From an uncultured Candidatus Binatia bacterium (GTDB lineage: Bacteria; Desulfobacterota; Binatia; UBA9968; JAJDTQ01): a DNA stretch of 64,000 bases. Shown one piece after another: positions 12,944 to 30,203 of the stretch; the first letter of the stretch is position 1; each line of letters opens with the position of its first letter. Under the pieces are notes generated by a model. The model was not told where the DNA came from. It was given only the letters and a program-made list of their open reading frames with translations, and made no database searches. The stretch is taken from the NCBI GenBank assembly GCA_964291295.2, contig OZ219754.1, positions 2,688,001 to 2,752,000 on the forward strand, given 5' to 3'. The translations under genes and the position numbers were made by a program.

Positions 12944-14119
12944 ATGAATATCCACGAATATCAGGCAAAGCAGTGGCTGGCGGGCTTCGGCGTGCCCGTC
13001 CCCGGCGGACAGGTAGCGGCCACAGCCGGCGAGGCGCGGGCCGCGGCGCAGGCCATCGGGTTTCCCTGTGTCGTCAAGGCCCAGATCCACGCGGGCGGCC
13101 GGGGCAAGGCCGGCGGCGTCAGGGTCGTGCAGACGGCCGGGGAGGCGGAGGCCTTTGCGGAGGGATTGCTGGGAAAACCGCTGGTGACACACCAGACCGG
13201 TCCGGAAGGGAGGGTGGTCCGGCGCGTATGGATCGAAGAGGCATCCCGGATCGCCCGGGAGCTCTATTGCAGCCTGGTCATGGATCCAGCGGCTGGAAAA
13301 CCGGCCATCATCACCTGCCGCGAGGGGGGGATGGAGATCGAGGAGGTGGCGAAGAAGACCCCGGACGCGGTCATCGTCGAGCTGGTGGATCCGCTGATAG
13401 GGGTGGCGTCTTTCCAGATCCGCCGGGTGGGGACCCGGCTGGGACTTTCGGGCAAGGAGATCGGCGCCTTCGGGGCTCTCCTCAAGGCCCTGTACCGTGT
13501 TTTCCTGAAATCTGACTGCATGCAACTGGAAGTGAATCCGCTGGCGCAACTTGATGACGGCCGTTTTTTCGTGCTGGATGCCAAGATGAACTTCGACGGC
13601 AATGCGCTGTTTCGCCAGCGGCGGGTGGCCGAGTTCCGGGACGTTCACGAGGAGGATCCCAAGGAGGTCGAGGCCGCGAATCTGGGAATCTCCTACGTCG
13701 CCCTGGACGGCGACATCGGCTGCATGGTCAACGGCGCGGGCTTGGCCATGGGTACCATGGACATCATTCGACAGTACGGCGGCCGGCCCGCAAACTTTCT
13801 CGACGTGGGCGGCGGTGCCAGCAGGGAGATGGTGGGGAAGGCCTTCCACCTGCTGCTCTCGGACCACAAGGTGCGCGGCGTGCTGGTGAACATCTTCGGC
13901 GGCATCATGCGCTGTGACGTCATCGCCGCCGGCATCATCGACGCCGCCAGGGAGACGGGCGTCGCCGTGCCGCTGGTGGTACGGCTTCAGGGCACCAATG
14001 TGGAGCAGGGGAGGAAACTCCTGTCGGAGTCCGGCCTGCGCATCGTCGCCGCCGACACCATCGCGGACGCGGCGGAGAAGGTCGTGCGGGCGGTGCGGTC
14101 GGAAGAGGGACGGGCATGA
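12944..14119 (+). CDS. sucC: Succinyl-CoA synthetase beta subunit
   Basis: [42 protein letters not shown]. Confidence 0.97.
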   Translation: MNIHEYQAKQWLAGFGVPVPGGQVAATAGEARAAAQAIGFPCVVKAQIHAGGRGKAGGVRVVQTAGEAEAFAEGLLGKPLVTHQTGPEGRVVRRVWIEEASRIARELYCSLVMDPAAGKPAIITCREGGMEIEEVAKKTPDAVIVELVDPLIGVASFQIRRVGTRLGLSGKEIGAFGALLKALYRVFLKSDCMQLEVNPLAQLDDGRFFVLDAKMNFDGNALFRQRRVAEFRDVHEEDPKEVEAANLGISYVALDGDIGCMVNGAGLAMGTMDIIRQYGGRPANFLDVGGGASREMVGKAFHLLLSDHKVRGVLVNIFGGIMRCDVIAAGIIDAARETGVAVPLVVRLQGTNVEQGRKLLSESGLRIVAADTIADAAEKVVRAVRSEEGRA

Positions 14120-14985
14120 GCATCCTGGTGGATTCCGAGACCCGGGTGCTGACCCAGGGCATCACCGGCGCCACGGGCCAGTTCCATACCCGGACTTGCA
14201 AGGAGTACGGCACCCGGATGGTAGCCGGCGTCACCCCCGGAAAGGGCGGCACTGCCTTCGAGAACATTCCGGTGTTCGACAGCGTGGCGGAGGCGGTGCG
14301 GGAGACCGCGCCCGACGCCAGCGTCATCTACGTGCCGCCTCCCTTTGCGGCCGACGCCATGGAGGAATCCGCCGACGCGGAAATCCCCTTGGTCATCTGT
14401 ATCACCGAAGGGGTGCCGGTCCAGGACATGATGAGGGTGAAACGCTATCTGGATGAGCGCGGCACGGTGCTGCTGGGGCCGAACTGCCCCGGCGTGATCA
14501 CCCCCGGAGAGTGCAAGATCGGCATCATGCCCGGACACATCCACAAGCGCGGCGGCATCGGCGTGGTGTCCCGCAGCGGAACGTTGACCTACGAGGCGGT
14601 GGATCAGCTCACGCGGCTGGGCATGGGACAGTCCACCTGCGTCGGCATTGGCGGCGACCCGATCCGCGGCCTTGACTTCATCGACGTGCTCCAGCGCTTC
14701 AACGACGACGACGAGACCGAGGCGGTGGTGCTGATCGGCGAGATCGGCGGCAGCGCCGAGCAGGATGCCGCGGCCTGGATCTCGGCGCACATGAAAAAGC
14801 CGGTGGCGGGTTTCATCGTGGGCCAGACCGCCCCTCCGGGCAAGCGCATGGGCCATGCCGGCGCCATCATATCCGGAGGCAGGGGGACCGCGGCGGAAAA
14901 GGTCGAGGCGCTGCGGGCGGCGGGGGTTCGGATGGCGCCTTCCCCTGCGGACATCGGACAGACCATGAAAGAGATGTCAGGATAA
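14116..14985 (+). CDS. sucD: Succinyl-CoA synthetase alpha subunit
   Basis: [27 protein letters not shown]. Confidence 0.97.
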   Translation: MSILVDSETRVLTQGITGATGQFHTRTCKEYGTRMVAGVTPGKGGTAFENIPVFDSVAEAVRETAPDASVIYVPPPFAADAMEESADAEIPLVICITEGVPVQDMMRVKRYLDERGTVLLGPNCPGVITPGECKIGIMPGHIHKRGGIGVVSRSGTLTYEAVDQLTRLGMGQSTCVGIGGDPIRGLDFIDVLQRFNDDDETEAVVLIGEIGGSAEQDAAAWISAHMKKPVAGFIVGQTAPPGKRMGHAGAIISGGRGTAAEKVEALRAAGVRMAPSPADIGQTMKEMSG

Positions 14986-14990
14986 CCGGT

Positions 14991-15416
14991 ATGGAGCGAA
15001 CACTGTCGATCATCAAGCCGGAAGCCGTCGGCCGGGGCCTGATCGGGGACATTGTCAGCCGCTTCGAGCGCGCGGGGCTCAAGGTGGTGGCGGCAAAGTT
15101 GACCCGGTTGGACAAGCGGCGCGCGGAGTCCTTCTACGACGTGCACCGGGAGCGGCCGTTCTATGACAGCCTGACCGCCTACATGTGCACCGGCCCCATC
15201 TTCATATCGGTCCTCGAGGGCGACGGCGCCATCACCCGGAACCGCGAGATCATGGGCGCGACGGACCCGGCAAACGCGGCCGCGGGAACCATTCGAAAGG
15301 ACTGGGGCACCAACGTGGAGGCCAATGCGGTGCACGGATCCGACAGCCCGGAAACCGCCGCGGCCGAGATTGCGTTCTTCTTCACTCCCGACGAGATCCA
15401 GTCGCCCGGGTCGTAG
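14991..15416 (+). CDS. ndk: Nucleoside diphosphate kinase
   Basis: [21 protein letters not shown]. Confidence 0.97.
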   Translation: MERTLSIIKPEAVGRGLIGDIVSRFERAGLKVVAAKLTRLDKRRAESFYDVHRERPFYDSLTAYMCTGPIFISVLEGDGAITRNREIMGATDPANAAAGTIRKDWGTNVEANAVHGSDSPETAAAEIAFFFTPDEIQSPGS

Positions 15417-15441
15417 GATCCGTGCCGCTGAAGGCCGGCAA

Positions 15442-16560
15442 GTGTCATTTTCCGGCGGCGATTCACCCGATGCCCGGCGGCCGGTGGAGGGTCTGAGCCA
15501 CGGCGAGCTTGGCGCGTGGCTGCATGCCCGCGGCGCGCCCGCCTATCGGACCGGCCAGATTCGACGATGGCTGTACCGCAGGTGCGCGGCCTCGTTCGAG
15601 GAGATGACCGATCTTCCCGGGGAACTTCGGCAGGCGTTGTCCCGGGATTTCGTCGTCGGCAGCCTGGTGGCCCGGCAGCGGCAGCGGTCCGCAGACGGTT
15701 CGGTCAAGTATCTTTTTCGTCTGCGCGACGGGGCCGTCGTGGAGACGGTCCGCATACCGGAGCCGGACCGGGTCACGCTGTGCGTATCGACGCAGGCGGG
15801 GTGCGGCTTGGGTTGCGTTTTCTGCGCCACCGGCCGCATGGGACTGAAGCGCAATCTCACCCGGGCCGAAATCGTGGGCCAAGTCCTGGAAGTGCAGCGC
15901 GGCTGCCCGGAGGGAGCATGCATCTCCAATCTGGTCTTCATGGGCATGGGCGAGCCGCTGGCCAACTACGAGGCCACCTGCGGGGCGCTGGACGCCATCA
16001 CGGACGCCGGCAGCGGCATGGGCATTTCGCCCCGCCGGATCACCGTTTCCACCGCCGGCCTGGTGCCGCAGATGCGCCGGCTCATGGCGGAGACCCGGGT
16101 GAATCTGGCCGTCTCGCTCCATTCGGTGCGGGATGAGGTGCGCTCGACGCTGATGCCCATCAATCGGAAGTACCCCGTCTCGGAATTGCTGGAATGCTGC
16201 CGTTCCCTGCCCGTGCCCCGGCGCAAGCGCATCACCTTCGAGTATCTGCTGATGGACGGCGTGAACGATGGCGCCGCGGACGCGGCGGAACTGGCGGAGC
16301 GGATTCGCGGCATCCGTTGCAAGGTGAACCTGATACCGTTCAATCCTCATGACGGAAGCCGGTACCGCCGGCCGCCGGACCGTGTCGTCCAGCGGTTCGC
16401 GGAGACTCTGCGCGCGCAGCGGGTCCAGGCCCACGTGCGCCGGCCCCGGGGCGAAGACATCCAGGCGGCCTGCGGGCAGTTGTACCATTCCGCAGGTTCC
16501 GGGGTCGCCCCCGCAGCCAGACCGGACCCGCCGGCCCCCCGGCTCGCGGAAGCCCCGTAG
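15442..16560 (+). CDS. rlmN: 23S rRNA (A2503) / tRNA methyltransferase RlmN
   Basis: CVSTQAGCGLGCVFCATG radical SAM motif, FMGMGEP, DIQAACGQL; start codon approximate. Confidence 0.94.
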   Translation: MSFSGGDSPDARRPVEGLSHGELGAWLHARGAPAYRTGQIRRWLYRRCAASFEEMTDLPGELRQALSRDFVVGSLVARQRQRSADGSVKYLFRLRDGAVVETVRIPEPDRVTLCVSTQAGCGLGCVFCATGRMGLKRNLTRAEIVGQVLEVQRGCPEGACISNLVFMGMGEPLANYEATCGALDAITDAGSGMGISPRRITVSTAGLVPQMRRLMAETRVNLAVSLHSVRDEVRSTLMPINRKYPVSELLECCRSLPVPRRKRITFEYLLMDGVNDGAADAAELAERIRGIRCKVNLIPFNPHDGSRYRRPPDRVVQRFAETLRAQRVQAHVRRPRGEDIQAACGQLYHSAGSGVAPAARPDPPAPRLAEAP

Positions 16561-16580
16561 TGAGGCAAGGACGGACGAAG

Positions 16581-17444
16581 ATGGAACAGCAAACGATTCT
16601 GGGCGTCATCGGTGGTACCGGTCTCTACGAAATGGAAGGATTGAGCGGGGTGCGCGAGGTGGAAGTGGAAACGCCCTTCGGCAAACCCTCCGGTGCCTTC
16701 GTGGTCGGTTCGCTGGGCGATGTCGCCCTGGTCTTTCTGCCGCGTCACGGCAAGGGCCATCGGCTCCTGCCCACCGAGGTCAACAACCGCGCCAACATCT
16801 TCGGCATGAAGAAGCTGGGGGTCGGACGGATCCTGTCGGTGAGTGCGGTGGGCAGCCTCAGGGAGGAGATCGAGCCCGGCCACATGGTGCTGCCGGACCA
16901 GTTCATCGACCGCACCAGCCGGCGCCCCGGCACTTTCTTCGGTGACGGCATCGTCGCCCACGTGCAGTTCGCGGACCCCTTCTGCAACCACCTGAGGGCG
17001 GCAGTGGCGGACGTCGCGTCCGGGCAGGCCATCAAGGTGCACGGTCGCGGCACCTACGTGTGCATGGAGGGACCGCAGTTCTCCACCCGCGCGGAGTCCG
17101 CGCTTCATCGGAGCTGGGGTGCGGACGTCATCGGCATGACCAACCTCCAGGAAGCCAGGCTGGCCCGGGAGGCGGAGATCTGCTTCGCCACCATGGCCAT
17201 GGCCACGGACTACGACTGCTGGAACGAAGCCGCTGGCGACGTGGACATCGAGGAAGTCGTGGCAGTGCTGCGGCAGAACGCCGACGTGGCCAGACGGATC
17301 ATTCGCGGTACCGCCGAGCGCCTGTCACCGGAGCGCGCCTGTCCGTGCGCCACGGCGCTGGCAACGGCCATCGTCACGGACCGCTCGCTGATCCCGGAGG
17401 CCGCCCGGGAGCGGCTGGGGCCGCTGGTGGACAAGTATCTCTGA
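16581..17444 (+). CDS. mtnP: S-methyl-5'-thioadenosine phosphorylase
   Basis: IGGTG, LPRHG..H, MEGPQFSTRAES, IGMTN, TDYDCW. Confidence 0.93.
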   Translation: MEQQTILGVIGGTGLYEMEGLSGVREVEVETPFGKPSGAFVVGSLGDVALVFLPRHGKGHRLLPTEVNNRANIFGMKKLGVGRILSVSAVGSLREEIEPGHMVLPDQFIDRTSRRPGTFFGDGIVAHVQFADPFCNHLRAAVADVASGQAIKVHGRGTYVCMEGPQFSTRAESALHRSWGADVIGMTNLQEARLAREAEICFATMAMATDYDCWNEAAGDVDIEEVVAVLRQNADVARRIIRGTAERLSPERACPCATALATAIVTDRSLIPEAARERLGPLVDKYL

Positions 17445-17480
17445 CCCGTTTCCGGCGCTCGGACCGGACTTTGGAGGATC

Positions 17481-18392
17481 GTGGCGATGACTGTTCTGGT
17501 GGTGGGTTCGATGGCCTTCGACTCCATCGAGACGCCCCACGGCCGTGCCGAACGGGTTCTGGGCGGATCGGCGGCATACTTCGCCTTGGCTGCCGCGTTC
17601 TTCGCGCCGGTTCGCATCGCCGGCGTCGTGGGTCGGGACTTTCCCCCGGACCACCTGACCGCGCTGTCACGCAGCGGCGTGGACCTGGAAGGATTGCAAC
17701 GCGCCGAAGGCAAGACGTTCTTCTGGCATGGCCGCTACCACGAGGACCTGAACGTGCGCGACACCCTGGAGGTCCAACTCAACGTGTTGCAGGACTTTGT
17801 CCCGCGCCTGCCCGCCGGCTACGAGGACACGGAGTACGCCTTTCTCGGCAACATGGCTCCGGCGGCCCAACTGGACGTCCTGGCGCGGCTGAAGCGGCCG
17901 CGTCTGGTGGCCTGCGACACCATGGACCACTGGATCCGGGAAAACCCGGCGGAGTTGAGGAAGGTGCTGGAGCGGGTCGAGAGCGTGGTCATCAACGACT
18001 CGGAAGCGCGCATGCTGAGCGGCCATCACAATATCGTTCGCGCCGCCCGGGCCATTCTCAAGATGGGGCCGCGGGTGGTGCTCATCAAGCGCGGCGAATA
18101 CGGCGTGTTCCAGTTCTCGGACGAATCGAGCTTTGTCGTTCCGGCCTATCCGCTGGAGGAGGTGCGGGATCCCACCGGCGCCGGCGACTCCTTTGCCGGG
18201 GCGTTCATGGGGCGCCTGGCCGCCGGCGAGGCCGCGGACGAGCGGGCGCTGCGGCGCGCCATCGTGTACGGCAATGTCACCGCCTCCTTCACGGTGGAGG
18301 ACTTCGGGCCACGGCGCCTGATTGCGCTGGAACGGGGAGAGATCGAGGAGCGTTACCGGCGCTTCGTGGAGTTGACCCGATTCCAGGACTGA
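17481..18392 (+). CDS. PfkB family carbohydrate/nucleoside kinase
   Basis: VVGSMAFDSIETP, LGGSA, DPTGAGDSFAG. Confidence 0.9.
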   Translation: MAMTVLVVGSMAFDSIETPHGRAERVLGGSAAYFALAAAFFAPVRIAGVVGRDFPPDHLTALSRSGVDLEGLQRAEGKTFFWHGRYHEDLNVRDTLEVQLNVLQDFVPRLPAGYEDTEYAFLGNMAPAAQLDVLARLKRPRLVACDTMDHWIRENPAELRKVLERVESVVINDSEARMLSGHHNIVRAARAILKMGPRVVLIKRGEYGVFQFSDESSFVVPAYPLEEVRDPTGAGDSFAGAFMGRLAAGEAADERALRRAIVYGNVTASFTVEDFGPRRLIALERGEIEERYRRFVELTRFQD

Positions 18393-18417
18393 CCTCCCGT
18401 ACGACGAAGCTGAGACG

Positions 18418-19714
18418 ATGAACATCGCCATGGTCGGTACCGGTTACGTGGGGCTGGTGACCGGGAGTTGCTTTGCGGAGACCGGCAACGAGGTCGTCTG
18501 CGTGGATGTCGACGAGGCGAAGGTCGGACAACTCCGGCAGGGCCGCGTTCCGTTCCACGAGCGCAGGCTCGAGGAGTTGATCCAGCGCAACACCCGGGAG
18601 GGCAGGCTGTCCTTCTCCACCGACCTCGCCGCCGCGGTTCGGGGTGCGGAAACCATCTTCATCGCGGTGGGCACGCCCCAGGCGTCGGCCGGCGGGGCCG
18701 ATCTGAGCCAGGTCTACAGGGTGGCCGAAGAGATCGCCCGGAGCATGAACGGCGCCAAGATCGTGGTGACCAAGAGTACGGTTCCCGTAGGCACCGCAGC
18801 ACGGGTCCGGGAGATCATACAGGCCGGCACCGAACATCCGGTGGCGGTGGTGTCGAATCCCGAGTTCCTGAAGGAGGGGACAGCGGTAGAGGACTTCATG
18901 AAACCCGACCGGGTGGTGCTGGGGGGCGAGGAGGCGAGTTCGCTGGAACGCCTCAAGAGCCTGTACGCGCCTTTCGTGCGCCGGGGCAATCCCATCATTT
19001 TCACGGACTCCCGCAGCGCCGAGATGAGCAAGTACGCCGCCAACGCCATGCTCGCCACCCGGATTTCCTTCATCAACGAGACCGCGCGGCTGTGCGAGAA
19101 GGAGGGGGCGGACGTCGAGCAGGTACGGCGCATCATGGGCCTCGACCACCGCATCGGACCCCATTTCATCTTTCCCGGAGTCGGGTTCGGCGGTTCCTGC
19201 CTGCCCAAGGATATCCGGGCCATGATCGCCATGGGCGGGGCGGAACTCGCGATGCCCCTGCTCCAGGCCGTGGACCGGGTCAACGAGACGCAGAAACGCC
19301 TGCTGCTGGAAAGGGTCGCAGGGCATTTCGGCGACCGGTTGGCGGATTGCACTCTGGCAGTGTGGGGCATGGCCTTCAAGGCGGGCACCGACGACATGCG
19401 TGAAGCCCCGGCCATCCCGCTCATCGACGGATTGCTGGAGGCGGGCGCCCGCCTGCGCGTCTTCGATCCCGAGGCCATGAAGGAGGCGCGAAAGCGCTAT
19501 GGAGACCGGATCGAATATGGCTCCAGCAACTACGAGGTCGCCATGGGCGCCGACGCGCTGCTGATCCTGACGGAATGGAACGAGTTTCGCAGCCCCGATC
19601 TCCCGCGCCTGAAGGAGCTGCTGCGGCAACCGATCCTCTTCGACGGGCGCAACCTCTACGATCCGGCGGTGATGCGGCGGTACGGCTTCATCCATTATTC
19701 CATGGGGCGGGGTC

Positions 19715-19722
<8 letters not shown>
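18418..19722 (+). CDS. ugd: UDP-glucose 6-dehydrogenase
   Basis: [36 protein letters not shown]. Confidence 0.94.
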
Positions 19723-21508
<1,786 letters not shown>

Positions 21509-21594
21509 TTTCAAAGTCGCCGGTTGAAGTGCTAAGTTCAGGGGCGGGTTCGAACCCGCCGGCGTCACAACATCAGGTCAAGGAACCCCCGCAC

Positions 21595-22257
21595 GTGGCC
21601 AGATTCGGGAAGTCCGGAAAGTCCGTCTTTCGCGAGTATGCGGAAGCCATCGTCGTCGCACTCGTGGCCGCGCTGTTCCTGCGCGCCTTCGTGGTGCAGG
21701 CGTTCAAGATCCCGTCAGGGTCCATGATCCCCACGCTGGCCATAGGCGATCACATCCTGGTCAACAAGCTGTCCTACGGCGTGCGGCTTCCGGACGTCAA
21801 CTGGGTGCCGTTTGCCGGCTGTATCGATCTGTCCCGGGGCTCCCACGTGATGGAATGGGACACGCCGGAGCGCGGCGACGTGATCGTGTTCGTCTATCCC
21901 CGAGACCGTTGCAAGGACTTCATCAAGCGGGTGGTGGCGGTGCCGGGCGACGAGGTGCGCATCCGGGACAAGGATCTCTATATCAACGGCAAGAAGGTGG
22001 AGGACGCCCACGCCCATTTCGAGGAGCAGGGAACGACTTTGGGGGTGGGGCACGTCCGGGACAATCTCGGCCCTGTGACGGTGCCGGAGGGGCACGTGTT
22101 CGTCATGGGCGACAACCGGGACCGCAGTTTCGACAGCCGCTTCTGGGGCTTCGTGCCCATCAACGATGTCCGCGGCCGCGCCTTTGTCAAGTACTGGTCC
22201 TGGGACTCGGAAAACAACCGGTTGCGCTGGTGGCGCATCGGCGGTCTTATCCATTGA
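21595..22257 (+). CDS. lepB: Signal peptidase I
   Basis: [13 protein letters not shown] (catalytic Ser), FIKRV (catalytic Lys), [15 protein letters not shown]; GTG start after AAGGA. Confidence 0.95.
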   Translation: MARFGKSGKSVFREYAEAIVVALVAALFLRAFVVQAFKIPSGSMIPTLAIGDHILVNKLSYGVRLPDVNWVPFAGCIDLSRGSHVMEWDTPERGDVIVFVYPRDRCKDFIKRVVAVPGDEVRIRDKDLYINGKKVEDAHAHFEEQGTTLGVGHVRDNLGPVTVPEGHVFVMGDNRDRSFDSRFWGFVPINDVRGRAFVKYWSWDSENNRLRWWRIGGLIH

Positions 22258-22282
22258 GCAGGCCGGCGGGCCGTTCCATCTC

Positions 22283-23401
22283 ATGAAAGCCATCCTTACC
22301 CTGGCGGACGGAACCTCGTTTGCCGGTCGATCCTTCGGCAGCGAGGGAGAGGCCGAGGGAGAGGTCGTCTTCAACACCAGCATGACCGGATACCAGGAGA
22401 TCCTCACCGATCCGTCCTACGAGGGCCAGCTCGTCACCATGACCTGTCCCGAGATCGGCAACGTCGGCGTCAACCCGGAGGACGATGAGGCACGGCGTCC
22501 GTACGTCAAGGGCTTCATCGTCAAGGAGTATTGCCCGCTGCCCAGCAGTTGGCGCGCCACCCGGGCACTGCACGACTACATGCGGGAACACGGCATCGTG
22601 GGCCTGGAGGGTGTAGACACGCGTTCCCTGGTAACTCACATCCGCGAGCGCGGCGCCCAGCAAGGGATCATCTCCACGGTGGGCCCGGACGAGTCGGAAC
22701 GGGTCGAACGGGCGCGACGGCTCGAAGGACTCGAAGGCAGGGATCTCGTGAAAAACGTCACCTGCCGCGCGCCCTACCACTGGCACCAGGGAAGCTGGCG
22801 CGCGGGAGGCGGCTTCGGTGCGGGCGGGGAGGCGGCGTTTCACGTCGTGGCCTACGATTACGGCATGAAGTTCAACATCCTTCGAGGTCTGGTGGAAGCC
22901 GGTTGCAAGGTCACGGTGGTGCCGGCATGGACCCCGGCCGCCGACGTGCTGGCGCTCAAGCCGGACGGGGTCTTCCTCTCCAACGGTCCGGGCGACCCCG
23001 CGGCGGTTCCCTACGCCAAGGACAACGTGCGGCGGCTCATCGGCCGGTGCCCGATCTTCGGCATCTGCCTGGGACATCAGATCCTGGGGCTGGCCATGGG
23101 CGGGCGCACTTTCAAGCTCAAGTTCGGCCATCACGGCGGCAACCATCCGGTCATGGACCTCACCACCGAAAAGGTGGAGATCACCACCCAGAACCACGGC
23201 TTCGCGGTGGACGCGGATTCTCTCGGCGGCGCGATGGAGGTGACCCACGTGAATCTCAACGACCGCACCGTTGAGGGGATCCGGCACCGCGAACTGCCGA
23301 TCTTCTCGGTCCAGTATCATCCCGAGGCGGCCCCCGGCCCCCACGACGCATGGTACCTTTTCTCCCGTTTCCGCGGCCTGATGGCCGACCCGGGGACCTG
23401 A
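22283..23401 (+). CDS. carA: Carbamoyl-phosphate synthase small chain
   Basis: [33 protein letters not shown]. Confidence 0.97.
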   Translation: MKAILTLADGTSFAGRSFGSEGEAEGEVVFNTSMTGYQEILTDPSYEGQLVTMTCPEIGNVGVNPEDDEARRPYVKGFIVKEYCPLPSSWRATRALHDYMREHGIVGLEGVDTRSLVTHIRERGAQQGIISTVGPDESERVERARRLEGLEGRDLVKNVTCRAPYHWHQGSWRAGGGFGAGGEAAFHVVAYDYGMKFNILRGLVEAGCKVTVVPAWTPAADVLALKPDGVFLSNGPGDPAAVPYAKDNVRRLIGRCPIFGICLGHQILGLAMGGRTFKLKFGHHGGNHPVMDLTTEKVEITTQNHGFAVDADSLGGAMEVTHVNLNDRTVEGIRHRELPIFSVQYHPEAAPGPHDAWYLFSRFRGLMADPGT

Positions 23402-23402
23402 G

Positions 23403-26612
<3,210 letters not shown>

Positions 26613-26614
26613 GA

Positions 26615-28870
26615 ATGTCGGAACGCGGCCGTGCGGGCGGCCGTCACACCGTCGTTCCCGTCGTGACACTTTCCTATCAAGCCACGCCCCTCGATCCCGC
26701 CGACTGCCGCAAGGCACTGGCGTGCCGCCTGGATGTTCTGAAGGGCATCGGCCCCGTACGGGCGGCCCAGCTGTCCGGGCGCGGCCTCACCACCGTCGAG
26801 GATCTGCTCTACCACCTGCCTTTCCGATACCAGGACCGCCGTCATGTGGCCGCCATTGCCGCCGCGGCGGCGGGGGAGAGCGGCACGTTCGTCGGACAGG
26901 TCAAGACGCTGCGATACGGGCGGACTCGCGGCGGGCGCCGCTTTCTTTCGGGCATGCTGGTCGACGGCGCCGGCGGCAGCCTGGAGCTGGTCTGGTTCAA
27001 CCCGGCTCGCCATGTGGCGGAGAGGCTGCGGGCGGGCCAGCGCCTGTCCGTTTACGGCCGGGTCGTGCCCGGACGCGGCGCACGGCTGAGCATGCCGCAC
27101 CCGGAGTTCGATATCCTCGACGAGGGAACGGCGCCGCAGCTCGAGGTGCGGCCGGTATACGAAAAGCCGGGTGACGTCTCCCAAGCCAGCCTGCGCGGGT
27201 GGGTGGCGCAGGCGCTGGAGCGATTCGGCGGGTTCCTGCCCAGCTTCCTGCCCCCGGCGGTGGCGCGGCAGCGGGGCCTCATCAGTCTGGCACAGGCCCT
27301 GAAGATTCTCCATCGACCGTCCTCCACCAACGGCGGCGGCCGCTCCGGCGTGGAAGGCGTGCCGGCTCCGGATGTCACGGACGGGGAGTGTTCCCTGGCT
27401 CGCCGCTCCCTGGTGTTCGACGAGTTCTTTTACTTTCAGCTGGCGCTGGCGCTGCGGCGGCGGCAACGCCTGGGCCGCGCCGGTTTCCGCTCGCCGCCCG
27501 GGGCCGGGGCGTGGAGCCGCAGGATGCGGGATCTGCTCCCCTACCGCCTCACCGGCGGTCAGGAACGCGTACTGCGGGAGATCTACTCGGACATGGAGTC
27601 ACCGAGTCCCATGCGCCGCCTGCTGCAAGGGGACGTGGGCTCCGGCAAGACGGTGATCGCGTGGCTCGCGGCCCTGCGGGCCATGGAGAACGGCCGCCAG
27701 GCCTTGCTGCTGGCCCCCACGGAGTTGCTTGCAGAGCAGCACTACGAAAGGCTCCGGCCCTACGCGGACCGGCTGGGCCTGCGTGCGGCGCTGCTTGCCG
27801 GCTCTCTTCCCGCGGCCGCGCGGAAAGAGGTCACCGCGCGCATCGGCGACGGCGAGATGGATTTTGTCGTGGGTACGCATGCGCTCATGCAGGAGGGCGT
27901 ATCCATCCCGCGCATGGGGCTGGGCATCGTGGATGAGCAGCACCGCTTCGGCGTGGGTCAGCGCAGCGCCTTCGCCCGTTTGCCCTTGCGGGAGGCGGCG
28001 CCGGGCGTCGCCACGCTCGAGCCGGACCTGCTGCTCATGAGCGCCACCCCCATTCCCCGCAGTCTGGCCATGGTCCTGTCCGGCGACCTGGAAGTGTCGC
28101 TGCTGGATGAGGCGCCGCCGAACCGGACACTGGTGCGCACGATGGTGGTACAGGAGGAGCGAAGACGGGCGGTTTACGAGCGGCTTCGCACCGCGGTGGC
28201 GGCGGGGCGGCAGGCATACTTGGTCTATCCGCTGGTCGAGGAGTCCCGCAAGATGCCCTTGGCGGCGGCCGAGAGCATGGCGCGGGAACTCTCCCGCTCG
28301 GTCATGCGGGGTCTTCGCCTGGGTGTGGTCCACGGCCAGATGCATGCCGGAGAACGCGACCAGGTGATGCGGCGTTTCCGGCAGGGGGAGATCCAGATCC
28401 TGGTGGCCACCACCGTCATCGAGGTGGGCATCGACGTTCCCGGCGCCACACTCATGGTGGTCGAACACGCCGAACGGTTCGGGCTTGCGCAACTGCACCA
28501 GCTCCGGGGCAGGGTGGGACGGGGCCGGGACGAATCCTGCTGCGTCCTGATCCACCACGGCTCCCGGGAGGCGGTGTCTCGACGCCGCCTGGAGATCCTG
28601 GAACGGACCGCCGACGGCTTCGAGGTGGCCGAGGCCGACCTGCGGTTCCGCGGCGCCGGAGAGCTCCTCGGGACGCGCCAAGCGGGTTCTCAGGGGTTCC
28701 GGGTGGCGCATCTCGTGCGGGATCATGCGGTGCTGAGGGATGCCCGGCGCGCCGCCCGGGAATGGCTTTCTCGCGATCCGGACTTGAGGGGCGAGGCCTC
28801 GCGGCACATTCGGAAAGAGCTGCAATTCCGGTGGGGCGAGGGCATGCCGCTGGACACCCGGGCAGATTGA
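26615..28870 (+). CDS. recG: ATP-dependent DNA helicase RecG
   Basis: LQGDVGSGKT, DEQHRFG, MSATPIPR, QLHQLRGRVGRG, TRG motif; start approximate. Confidence 0.95.
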   Translation: MSERGRAGGRHTVVPVVTLSYQATPLDPADCRKALACRLDVLKGIGPVRAAQLSGRGLTTVEDLLYHLPFRYQDRRHVAAIAAAAAGESGTFVGQVKTLRYGRTRGGRRFLSGMLVDGAGGSLELVWFNPARHVAERLRAGQRLSVYGRVVPGRGARLSMPHPEFDILDEGTAPQLEVRPVYEKPGDVSQASLRGWVAQALERFGGFLPSFLPPAVARQRGLISLAQALKILHRPSSTNGGGRSGVEGVPAPDVTDGECSLARRSLVFDEFFYFQLALALRRRQRLGRAGFRSPPGAGAWSRRMRDLLPYRLTGGQERVLREIYSDMESPSPMRRLLQGDVGSGKTVIAWLAALRAMENGRQALLLAPTELLAEQHYERLRPYADRLGLRAALLAGSLPAAARKEVTARIGDGEMDFVVGTHALMQEGVSIPRMGLGIVDEQHRFGVGQRSAFARLPLREAAPGVATLEPDLLLMSATPIPRSLAMVLSGDLEVSLLDEAPPNRTLVRTMVVQEERRRAVYERLRTAVAAGRQAYLVYPLVEESRKMPLAAAESMARELSRSVMRGLRLGVVHGQMHAGERDQVMRRFRQGEIQILVATTVIEVGIDVPGATLMVVEHAERFGLAQLHQLRGRVGRGRDESCCVLIHHGSREAVSRRRLEILERTADGFEVAEADLRFRGAGELLGTRQAGSQGFRVAHLVRDHAVLRDARRAAREWLSRDPDLRGEASRHIRKELQFRWGEGMPLDTRAD

Positions 28871-29014
28871 ACGGAAAGAACCGGGCGCGTCGCATCGCTG
28901 GCCGCCGCCGGCGCCTCCGTGCCGGTGAAGGCGGACACGAACCCTGCCGGCGTCACCCCTGATTTGCGCCCGCAAGGCCAATGGCGTAGAAACAGAACCC
29001 CAGAGGCGCCGCAC

Positions 29015-30193
29015 GTGGAATTCAACCGCATCAAGAGACTGCCGCCCTACGTCTTCAATACCATCAACGACCTCAAGCAGAAGGCGCGGAAGAGGGGAGA
29101 GGACATCGTCGACTTCAGCATGGGAAATCCGGACATGGCGACGCCGGCTCCCATCGTCGACAAGCTGGTGGAGGCGGTGCGAAAACCGCAGAACCACCGC
29201 TACTCCGTGTCGCGCGGCATCTACAAGCTCAGAGTGGCCATCGCCGACTGGTACCAGCGGCGGTACGGGGTGGCCATCGATGCGGATGAAGAGGCCATCG
29301 TCACCATGGGTTCCAAGGAGGGGCTCGCGCACCTGGTGCTGTCCATGATCGATCCGGGCGACGTGGTGCTGTGCCCGAGTCCCACCTATCCCATCCACCA
29401 GTACTCGGTGGTCATCGCTGGCGGCGACCTGCGCAGCATTCCGCTGGCTTCCAGCGAAGGCTTCATGGAACACCTCGAGGAAGCCATCAAGCAGACTTGG
29501 CCGCGGCCCAAGCTGCTGATCCTGAACTTTCCCCACAACCCCACGGCCGAGGTGGTGGAACTTGATTTCTTCGAGCGCATCGTGAGCTTCGCCAAGGCCC
29601 ACGAAATCCTGGTGATCCACGATCTGGCGTACGCGGACCTTACCTTCGACGGCTACGAGCCTCCCAGTTTCCTGCAGGTGCCCGGTGCCAAGGACGTGGG
29701 CGTGGAGTTCTTCACCTTGTCCAAGAGCTACAACATGCCGGGTTGGCGGGTGGGTTTCGCGGTGGGCAACGCGACCATGATCCACGCGCTGGCGCGCCTC
29801 AAGAGCTATCTGGACTACGGCATATTCCAGCCCATCCAGATCGCCGCCATCCATGCGCTGAACAACGCGGACGATGATGTGCGCGCTGTTTCCGAGACCT
29901 ACCGAAACCGGAGGGATGCCTTGGTGGACGGGCTCGCCCGGGTCCACTGGGCGATCCGGAAGCCGCGGGCCACCATGTTCGTGTGGGCCGAAATTCCGGC
30001 TCCCTACAGATCCATGGGCTCGGTGGAATTTTCCAAGCTCCTTCTCAACGAGGCCAGGGTCGCGGTGTCTCCCGGCATCGGCTTCGGCCAGTACGGCGAC
30101 CAGCACGTGCGCTTTGCCCTGATCGAAAACGAGCATCGCACCCGACAGGCGGTGCGCACCATTCGCAAGGCCATGGGCGTCCTGCCCGAATGA
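29015..30193 (+). CDS. Class I PLP aminotransferase (AlaC / LL-DAP aminotransferase-like)
   Basis: [39 protein letters not shown]; upstream of hom. Confidence 0.88.
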   Translation: MEFNRIKRLPPYVFNTINDLKQKARKRGEDIVDFSMGNPDMATPAPIVDKLVEAVRKPQNHRYSVSRGIYKLRVAIADWYQRRYGVAIDADEEAIVTMGSKEGLAHLVLSMIDPGDVVLCPSPTYPIHQYSVVIAGGDLRSIPLASSEGFMEHLEEAIKQTWPRPKLLILNFPHNPTAEVVELDFFERIVSFAKAHEILVIHDLAYADLTFDGYEPPSFLQVPGAKDVGVEFFTLSKSYNMPGWRVGFAVGNATMIHALARLKSYLDYGIFQPIQIAAIHALNNADDDVRAVSETYRNRRDALVDGLARVHWAIRKPRATMFVWAEIPAPYRSMGSVEFSKLLLNEARVAVSPGIGFGQYGDQHVRFALIENEHRTRQAVRTIRKAMGVLPE

Positions 30194-30203
30194 CCCTCGC
30201 GCC

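Noticed and set aside
21543-21560. GGCGGGTTCGAACCCGCC palindrome resembling a tRNA T-arm between lepA and lepB
   Set aside because: No D arm or anticodon arm can be folded. It is more likely a simple intergenic or 5' UTR hairpin.
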